Positions 52,616 through 64,000 of a stretch of 64,000 nucleotides of DNA are shown one piece after another; position 1 is the first letter of the stretch, and the number at the start of each line of letters is the position of its first letter. The notes under the pieces are model-generated. The model made no database searches, was not told the DNA's origin, and saw nothing but the letters and a program-made list of their open reading frames with translations. Both the position numbers and the translations under genes were made by a program. The DNA lies in NCBI RefSeq assembly GCF_009914755.1, contig NC_060929.1; one strand, 5' to 3'. The DNA is from the human T2T-CHM13v2.0 reference genome, Homo sapiens.

Positions 52616-53446
52616 TTTGTCCTGGTAGGAAGAGAATGATCAGCAACTTTGCTTGATCAACCAAATTCAACTTAATTGCAGAAGATCCGTGTCAGGAAAC
52701 CAAGCTACGCACTCCGAGAGCTCACCTACCAGCCATGATTTCGGCATTTTCCTTAGTAACAGGCATTATGCCTCCTTTTTTTTTCTTCCCCCAGAGAACT
52801 GAGTCACAATCTCACAAGAAGAGGCTGGTCAAATATCCAGGGCTTCTAGGGACTGTCCCTTTTTGGCCACACGCCCTTCCTCAGACATTTGCAGGAGATA
52901 GAGTTGGCTTTAAATTCTTTCGGGCTCCCAAATCAGGTTTAAGTCCCCATGTCTGATCCATATGTCTGTGTATTCTTGGAGCTATAACCCCTGGCTAATT
53001 GAGTACTAAAGGTGGATCTGCAATTTCACTTGATCAACCAAGGCCAACTTAATGTGCTTTGTAAAGGACTTAGTGGACGGTATCCGAAAGTGAAAGTATA
53101 TCTAAACCATCCAAACAAAGTCAACTTGGTTTTGTTGATATTTTATACAGGCACAGGGAGAATAACATTTTAGCCAGTCTTGTTTTTTTTTTTTTTTTTT
53201 TTTTTTTTTTTGACAGCAAGTAAGGCAGCTTAGCTTTATTTGACTAAAATTTTCAGCCTGTATGTCTGCATCGTACAGGGTAATGGGTTAGCTTCAGTGT
53301 TTGGATCGGGTCCTCCTGTGAATGCATCAAAATTGGCTCTCATTTACAAGAATTACATTTTAATACCCATCCTGACACCGTGATGGCCACACACCACAGA
53401 TTTGCACAGTGTCTTATAGCAGTTTCCCTTGGAGCCGCTCTCCTAA

Positions 53447-53905
<459 letters not shown>

Positions 53906-54562
53906 TAGCCAGCTTTCTTCCTCCTCCACCTCAATGTATTCTGAATTGTGTAAAAGCCACTGACTTGCCAAATAAGGAAACAATTTAAATGATTCCTAGT
54001 ATGAATTCATTTTTTTTCTCTTGTGTAATAGGTAAATTATCTAGTATTAGAGGCCCAGAATGAAGGCTTCAAGATTTTGTGGAGGAAAAAGCTACAGTTC
54101 TCTTATTCAAGGCATTTCTGAAATCTTGGCCATGTAATTCTGTTAAATCTTTACCTACGCAAGAAACAAAGCTTAGGGCACCTGAGCTTGGTCTTAGGAA
54201 CTAAGCACTCGAACAAGTAATTCAGGAATTTCCATCTCGGATTCTGAAGTTCTAGAAATGCTAAGTTTTTCTGAAAACTACCCTAATGCTGCCTGTTATT
54301 GAATGCACAGTTAGAGGAAAGGAAGGGGATTAGAAGGTAAGGAAGGTTAAGTGGAAGAGAGCCAATGATTTGGGAAACCATTTTTCTTAGAAAACACAAT
54401 TTGACTTTTTTTTCCCATAAATTCCATCTACCTATAGAATTAGGTTGAGATTGGAATTGTAGCATTTTCCTCTGCTTAAAATTAAACTGAAAGCTATAAA
54501 TGACATTCTCAAAATCCTGATCTGCCTGACAAACTTCACCTGTTTTGTTAAAGCATAATCAT

Positions 54563-54592
54563 TATATATATATATGTATATGTATATATATA

Positions 54593-54639
<47 letters not shown>

Positions 54640-54642
54640 GTA
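54563..54642 (+). repeat. (TA)n/(TG)n microsatellite
   Basis: Direct reading. Confidence 0.95.
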
Positions 54643-55337
54643 TTCCACCAGGACTTTAACTAGATTCCAGGTGTTCACATTTCTTTTGACCTTAAGGATT
54701 CTATTTCAAGCTATTAAATTAACTAAAATGTGTAAATGGCCTACATTAGCTTTAATTATATAATTATATAGTCAGCAGGAAATGAATCTGTATGAATAAG
54801 AACCTAATTGAAAGAAAGTACCCATTCTAGAGCTTGGCATGGATGAACACTTCGAAAGATACCACAGGAAAACTTACCTCTGCCTCTTTAATAGGGTAAA
54901 TCGACTCTTAAAAATGTCTGCAATGCTTTCCACAAATTTTGACTATATTGGGGATTACTGTAAATAAACAACTGAGCAGAGACTCTTCTCTGGATCAGGG
55001 CATTCTTGTTAGGGAGATCCTTACAGTTCATCAATAACTGTGTCCTGAGTAAAAGAAGTTCACCCCAAACCTTGCTTCTGACCCTTCAAATGAAGTAGCT
55101 TGGTTCACAAAGAATCTTCCAGTTTCTAACATTCTCCTAACCAGAAAAAAAAAAAATATATAGTACTAATTCTGCTCAATCATCACCTGCCTTCTTCATC
55201 TTTTTACTCTCACAGTTAAGCATGTCCAGTGGGAACTGAGAAAGTGAAGAAGATCCACTCTAACACCTCACATCTATTATGAGAAACCTGAGTTTTACAG
55301 AATCCCAAATGTACAGGCTCTCAGGCCCCATGAGATT

Positions 55338-55648
55338 CTTTTTTTTTTTTTTTTTTTTTTTTGAGATGGAGTCTCGCTCTGTCACCCAGGCTGGAGTGCA
55401 GTGGTGTGATTTTGGCTCACTGCAAACTCGCAAACTCCACCTCCCAGACTCAAGTGATTCTCCTGCTTCAGCCTCCCAAGTGGCTGGGATTACAGGCATG
55501 CACCACCGTACCTGTAATTTTTGTATTTTCAGTAGAGACAGGTTTACACCATGTTGGCCAGATTGGTCTCAAACTCCCGACGTCGTAATCTGCCCGCCTT
55601 GGCCTCCCAAAGTGCTGGGATTACAGGCGTGAGTCACTGTGTCTGGCC
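55338..55648 (-). mobile_element. AluS
   Basis: Full antisense dimer; TSD ccccatgagatt; internal 8-bp duplication gcaaactc x2. Confidence 0.93.
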
Positions 55649-55884
55649 TTGGCCCCCATGAGATTTTAACATAATTCCTTCAAAGGTGGCCTGAGGGGCT
55701 GAGTAAAGGCTAGACAGGAATTTTAGGGTTTTCTTTTTCTTTTTCTTTTTCTTTTTTTTTTATGTCTTTGGGCAGGACTCTGCGTGTGGGATTAACCAAC
55801 CAACTTTCTTCCCCCAACAGACATTTTTGAGCTATACTGTGACCTGTGTCAGAAAACTGACGCTGACAACAGACCTGCAAGTAC

Positions 55885-56400
<516 letters not shown>

Positions 56401-56479
56401 TAGTGAGTTGTTTAGTTCTCCTCTTTGTCATAGTCACAAACACTACTCTGCACCTTGGTCCATCCTGTCATGGTGGGCA

Positions 56480-57165
<686 letters not shown>

Positions 57166-57189
57166 AGTACTCTTGGTCACAAGGAGGAA

Positions 57190-57345
57190 GGAGCACTGAG
57201 CTGAGAGTCACAGGGCCTTCATCCTAATACTGGCTTTGCCCCTGTATAAGCTCCATGTCCTTGTCCTCTCTCTTAACCTCATGGCTCCCACATCCTCCTC
57301 TGCAAATGAGGGCTTGAGATAGATGGTCACCTCTCCGATACTGCA
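57190..57345 (+). mobile_element. MIR3
   Basis: 'gagcactgagctgagagtca...ctctgcaaatgagggcttgagatagatggtc'. Confidence 0.6.
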
Positions 57346-58034
57346 CCAGAACAAATTTATTACCTTTGCTAGATTTCAGGTCCCACATGCTTGGGAACAG
57401 GTCTGTGGGGTCATCTCCAGTGAAAGCCAACAGCGCAGAGAGGATGATGCGGGTCCTCGTGGAAACAGACTCATTTGTACGCATGATAAGGAAGCTGGCT
57501 AGAGTCCACCAGCTCTGAGTTTTGAGATAGTCCACACCAGCATGATGAATGTGTCAAAGATTCCATGTCACACAATAGACTTTGTTAACTCGCTTTGACA
57601 AAGGCCTTTTACTTTTAACTGCTTGTGACAGCAGCTCAGAGTTTACTCGTCAATGTGCCTCACATACAGGTGTTGCCCACTTCATATAATAGATATGTTC
57701 CTTTAAAAAAAAAAAAGAGGGTGGAAATTTCAAAACCAGAAAATCACCGTTTGAGTTTATGGAAAATCACATTAGTTACAGGAATCCAATGACACAAGTT
57801 TTTGAGAAACGGTGAAAAGATCATTGGTCGTTTTACTTTTTCTCTTAAGTCATTGCTTCTGATAATACTGAGAGTTATCTGGCACAGTACACAAAGCACA
57901 GTAAAGACATTCAATGATATTTGTGAACGAATGGATAAAACTCAGTTTTCTAACTGTGGTTGACCTGGCATTTTCATAAAATAATGATACTTATATCTGT
58001 ATCACACTTTCTAGTTAGCAAGCCTTACGTTTAC

Positions 58035-58440
58035 CTGGGACAGGAGTAGAAAGAGCATAAACTTTGGTGTCAGACTGGCGTTCTTATTGCGGGTCTCTTT
58101 CTTAGCAGCTGTGAGCTTAGACACAGTACTTCACCTCCTGGAGCATCCATCATCTTATTTGTAAAATATGAGTGATGCCAGCTTCTCAGGATTGTTGAAA
58201 GAGTGTGATGAGAGCCTTATGGGTTTTTTCTTTTTCTTTTTTTTTTCTTTTTAGAAATGGCATTCCGCTTTGTTGCCCAGGCTGGTCTCAAACTCCTGAC
58301 TTCAGAGGATCCTCCTGTCTCAGCCTCCCAAAGTGCTAGGGTTCCAGGCATGAGCCACTGCGCCCTGCCCGGAGCCTTATGTTAACATGTCTATTACAGG
58401 ACCTGACATGAAGAAGAGACTTAATAAAAGGTGATTGTCC
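58035..58440 (+). mobile_element. MIR interrupted by an antisense FLAM (58223-58370)
   Basis: MIR head/core ('tttggtgtcagac', 'tttgtaaaatatgagtg'); FLAM TSD gagccttatg at 58212-58221 and 58372-58381. Confidence 0.75.
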
Positions 58441-58449
58441 TTCCCTTTT

Positions 58450-58600
58450 CTATGAAGCAGGAAGGGGAGCTATTATTATCTTCATTGTACAGAAGAGAAA
58501 GCTGAGGCCCAGAGAGATAAAGTGGCTTGCCCAGAGTTTCACAAATACAGGATTGGAGCCCCAACTTGTGCCTAGCTCTTTAACATACCACCTCACCAGC
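58450..58600 (-). mobile_element. MIR
   Basis: 'tattattatcttcattgtacagaagagaaagctgaggcccagagagataaagtggcttgccc'. Confidence 0.75.
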
Positions 58601-58830
58601 CCACACAGGAAGGCAATGACTGTGCACTGCAGATATTTGTGCAGGATGTGTATATTACATGATTTGGGGCTGACGCAACTTGTCTTGTACATATTGTTTT
58701 ATGTGACTTTACTCTGCCTTTCTGCCTGTGCTGATCATGCCCCAAGAGCTGGGCCAGGCCTTGTGCCCTTGCAGAATCTGCCTCTGCAGCTCAGTGATAG
58801 TTGCTCAGCAAGTGCTGATCCACTAGCCCA

Positions 58831-59185
<355 letters not shown>

Positions 59186-59479
59186 CTGACCATTTTCAAG
59201 TGCTTGCAAATCTGTCCACCCAGAGAGGACATAGTAGCACATTTAATAATTAAGAGAAAAGCTTGGTTTTCAGGAACTTTGTCATCTGAGTTTGATAATT
59301 ATGAAGGGTATAAGAATTCATTTTATGGTATGGTAGGAAAAGAATAACACTACCTAAAATGCTCAGATGATTTATTAAGGGTTCTTATTTGTAGGGACAG
59401 CCTCCCATTTTTCTCTCATGTGATGTCCAGCAGGTGGTTCTGACCTGACTAGTACACATTCTTTAACTAAAGACAGAGC

Positions 59480-60860
59480 ACTGCTAGGCGGCAGACACAG
59501 ACCTGTGCCCCAGGCTGTAATGGTGAGACAGGCATAATCCCTGATCATGGAACCTATGGGCACAAGGCAGTCAACAGTTAAATACACACAATATTTATAA
59601 GTTACAATGAATTAAACGAAGGAAAAGACGAGGAACTAAGAGACAGCCTAATTGGAGGATCTCATTTAGATTGGGAGGCTGGGGAAAGTCTCCATGAAGA
59701 AGTGTTATCTACACTGAAACCTGAGAAAAGTTGGTAGAATTCAGGCCAAAAGTGGGAGAAGGAGCATTTCAGACAGAGGGATCAACCTTGTGGAAGCCCT
59801 GTGGTGGGAGAGAGCTTAGAATTGAAATGAGGTTAGGGGCCACCACAGGGAAACTGGAGACACATAAGTGATGGGAGCTTGGCCAGGACCAACTTCCTGT
59901 AGGCATTCCAATTGCAATTGCCATTTATAAGTTTTCAGCAGATAAATCATATGGTCGAACTTAGGTCCTAACACATCTGTCTACTGCTAAATAGAAGAAT
60001 GGGTGCCACTTAAGAATGGGTTCAATGTAACGAGGGCAAAAGTAGAAGTGAGGAGACCAGCTGTGAGGCTATTGCAGTGGTCCTGGTGTAGGATGTGGGT
60101 GGCTTGGACTTGGGTAATGGCAGTGAATTGACAGACATGAGTGAAACTGTGAGATGTTTTAGGAGTAGAATTGTTAGGACATGCGGATCAACTGTATATA
60201 CAGAGTGAGAAAGGGAAAGGGTACTCTCGTGTTTCAGGGTGTCTGAATTGGTTTACTGATATCTGGGGGGATCAGAAGAGTTCAGGTCCAGCCAGGTTGC
60301 AATTGAGATGCCTCTGAGACATCCAATAGGAGGATGTCATTGGATACAGGAGTTAGGAGCTTAGATACACACTTGGGAGAACTCGGCACAGGTGGTATGA
60401 AAGTGGTGGGCTGGTGAGATTGCCTAGGGAGAGAAAACACGGAGAGGAGTCCCAGGGCTGAGCCCAGACCTCTGAACAGAAGAAGGAGTCATGGAGAAAC
60501 CCAGAAGAATGAGGTGTCACAGGCAAAGAAAAATTGGATGCTCCGGAAGGAGAGAGGTCTGTCTCACGAAGAGAGATAAAAGCAGCTGGGACCACATAGA
60601 GGTAATTGTTGATGCTGATGAGAGAAGAGGGCGGAGGGTGGAAAAGGAAGGGAGCCACTGAGCTGAGAATGGGAGACAGGAAAGAAACAGCATTCTGTGG
60701 TCAGCCTGGTGAGAAATGTGGCTCTCAGAAAGCAGAGAGAGAACAGTTGGAGGAGCTCATGGGCACACGGGGGATGTCTGACTGGTTGTGTTTTCTGTTG
60801 GAAAATATTAGAGCTCCTCTGTGTGTTAGGGAAGGGTCAAGTAGAGAGGGCAAGGGAGAA
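59480..60860 (-). mobile_element. L2 fragments
   Basis: 'gaggagaccagctgtgaggctattgcagtggtcctggtg...ggtggcttggacttgggtaatggcagtg', 'ttgagatgcctctgagacatccaa'. Confidence 0.7.
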
Positions 60861-62100
60861 GATGCTGGAATGAGGAGAGCCAAGGTCCTGAGGACACCTG
60901 ACCTTGGCACTACACAGGACCTGCAGCCCAGACGCTTCCTAAGCAAGCCTCTTGCCTGGGGAATAAAGAGCTGATTTTTCCAGTGACTTCATGGGCACTG
61001 GGGTCCTATGGAACCTCTAAGGGGAAGGAGCAAGAGAAACAGATGTTCTTTCTTCCCTGTAGAGGGAGGAAGAGGGAAGACAAAGATGAAAAAGGGAAGA
61101 AAGGAGGAAGGAAGGGAGAAAGGAGAAAACAAAGATGGCCAGTCTTCTCTTCTCCCCAGGTGGTTGGGATAACAGCGAGGCCAAATCCCAGATGATATGG
61201 GGGAGGGCTGCAACCTCTCAGGAGGGCTGTCTCCCCCAGAAAAAGCCTAGGACTTACCTAGACTTAGGAGGTTGTCATCAAGCCTTGTCTTTCCTGCAGA
61301 CCTCAACGTCTTGTCAGTCCAGAAAAACTTCAAGGGCAGCAGCCAGAATCCCAGGGCTGAGAAACCTGACTTTCCTCTCTTTGTACCTCCCAATTCCCCT
61401 CCTAGGTCCTGAGCCACAGGGAATTGTGTGATTTCAATGAGCTATGGCAAGAGCATTTTCCCTTCCCATCAACTCAGTCACGTTTCCTGTAGTGGAGACG
61501 GGAGCATGGGGAGGGAGGAGCGGGAGAAAGAAGGCTTACCCTGGCAGTATTCATTCACTCTCTGAGGCATGAGATTTGATTACCAGTCTTTTAACATGCA
61601 TGACAGCAAATGCTAATATTTGCCACAGAATTTTCTAGCCACCTTTTAAATCCATCTACAGTGTTAGGCTCTTTGACCCCTAGAGGTAGGGAATGCCACA
61701 GGCTGCCTTCATGCTACTGAACGTTGTTGCCTCCTCTATAGCAATAAAGCTTTTCTTGAAATATAAGGCATAAGAACAAAGAAAATTCCAGATTTCTGGG
61801 AGTAAATACTACAGTTCATTAAACCACCTGCTTACTTCATACAAGCTAGCAATGACTCTCCAGTCTCCCGCCTAAAACTCCAGTTAGTCTTCTGTGCATG
61901 AGATGTCTTTTCTATTGTGATTGCCATTCTTGGCTCATTGTTTGAAAAGGGATATTACAAATAAAAATAACAACCATCCCTGGTTAATATGCTTATTACT
62001 TTACACATCTTTCTCAACTTTTTCCAAACTTACTGGTAGACCAGAAAGAAATCTAACTTCTTTTAGGCTTGAGTTCCATTGTCTAAAAGTAGTAACCATT

Positions 62101-62425
<325 letters not shown>

Positions 62426-63619
62426 AGGTATGACCATTTTCTAATGTTTAGGAGGAGGGGAGCTTGGGGGCAGTATCTAAAACTGTCAGCTAGAGGAGGG
62501 GCAATCTTGAAGTTCAAAAGCAGGAGACACCCCAGATCTCCTTCTGCAGAGCTTTAACATCCCACCTCTCACTGCTTCTTGTAATATTCATCAGAGTCGT
62601 AAAAACTATTATCCAGCATAATATCTTTTAAATTGTTGGCAAAGAGTCACTTTAGAAGAGTGGCCTCCCTCTGCTCCCTTCCCGCCCCCTCCCAGATGGA
62701 CCAGTGCTGTTTGTTAGGACGGCTTTGTTCCTCGTTGTTCAACTACACCTGGCATAGTGCTTTGCTCTGTCATAAGGCCATTTCAAAACACTCCCTCTTT
62801 GTAACGTAAGCTTTGCTCGTGCTGAAACCTTGCCTTTCATTTGCTCTCCACAGCACTTGTCACACTGCATAATATAACCTAGACAATAGTGGCATACAAA
62901 GAAATAACAACTGAACATAACCATCCACTATGGAACCACTAATGAGTGCCCTACCTTTTGAAGGCTTCTTAAAAACTAAAATACAGACAAGGATAAAGGG
63001 CAAGCCTGCAGGAAAAGTCAATAGAACCTCACAATGCGAAGACTTAACCCCTGTCGCTATCAACTCAGATTTTCGAGTTGTATCACCAGCCAGAACCTTC
63101 TCCACTTGTCTAGAGCCAAGTGCCACATCAGAGCCTGGCAAAAAAAAAAAAAGAAAGAAAGAAAAAAGAAAAAGAAAAAAAGAAAAAAAAAGAAAATTGC
63201 TTTTTCTCCATGCTGAGTGAAGATATAAACTTAGAAGCTATAGCTCATGTTGAAGGTTGTTTCACATTTTCTAAATACTAAAAAGACATTAAAATCAGTA
63301 TGGTCACATGAAATCAGCTCAGTTTCATAAATGTATAATGAAAAGAAGCAATTTTGTTGTAACCATTTTTAAAAATTACACAAAGATAATATCTATGATT
63401 TATGCTATTTCTGCCACTTTGATTCGTATTTTTATTTCTTGGTACATTAGGTTAATGTTTAAGGTCCATTCTGTGTTTCAGCTTATAAAATTAATGTCTA
63501 AGTGCCAGCATAAGGCAAAGCAAACCTTACATTGGAGGATCCCTCACTTCCAGTGACTGGAATCAACATATCCAGCCATTCACACAACACTTCTCAAATG
63601 TCAAAATAATGGCGTTTGT

Positions 63620-63850
63620 TCTCCTAACGTTTATTGAGGGCTTACTATACCAGGCACTGCCCTAAATGCTTTGATGCACTAGTTTTAGCCTCATGATAAC
63701 TTTATGAAGTAGTAAATATTAGTAGCCCCTCATGGTTAGATGAGGAAACCGAGCCCAGAGACGGTAAGCAAGTTGTCCAAGGTCGTAGCGTGATATTGCC
63801 TTCGGAGCCCAGGCTCATCTTGACTGATCCCCAGCACTGCCTCCATGACA
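63620..63850 (-). mobile_element. MIR
   Basis: 'aacgtttattgagggcttactataccaggcactg...agatgaggaaaccgagcccagagacggtaagcaagttgtccaaggtc'. Confidence 0.85.
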
Positions 63851-64000
63851 GATCTGTGCTAGAATGGAGGAATAACCTGAGAAATTATTGGTGACACATG
63901 GAGAAAATTGAAATTGCATGGCTAAAGAGGTGGATAGTTACAAATAATTGCAAAGCCAGATTTGTAGACAAATTTCCCAGTTCTGCCTACTGAATGTCTG

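Noticed and set aside
63140-63196. Orphan A-rich tract (also 111-128, and T-tracts near 43005 and 53184) as tails of processed pseudogenes
   Set aside because: No adjacent recognisable mRNA body, poly(A) signal or target-site duplication.

Overview
Primate (most likely human) non-coding genomic DNA. It carries Alu (FLAM/J/S/Y), L1PA/L1M, L2, L3/CR1, MIR, MER5A/MER30 and MLT1 repeats. I can support no protein-coding exon, RNA gene or prokaryotic-type system; the ORF track is explained by repeats, microsatellites and GC-rich CpG-island sequence. The functional core is a ~12 kb block (~18.8-30.7 kb) with no recognisable transposon. It holds CpG islands at ~19.9-21.0, ~22.4-22.7 and ~26.3-28.6 kb, two of which embed homeodomain/POU-motif-dense AT-rich blocks (~20.17-20.40 and ~27.84-28.32 kb). 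This is the architecture of a developmental transcription-factor enhancer landscape. From memory only (unverified), the size and ~7.7 kb spacing of these two blocks fit ultraconserved elements uc.158/uc.159 in the OTP-TBCA-AP3B1 interval of human 5q14.1. The most unusual thing read directly from sequence is a ~400 bp complex templated insertion inside an L1 (~48.35-48.73 kb), which includes a fold-back copy of unique DNA from ~1.9 kb away. Repeat subfamily calls and boundaries are by eye and approximate.
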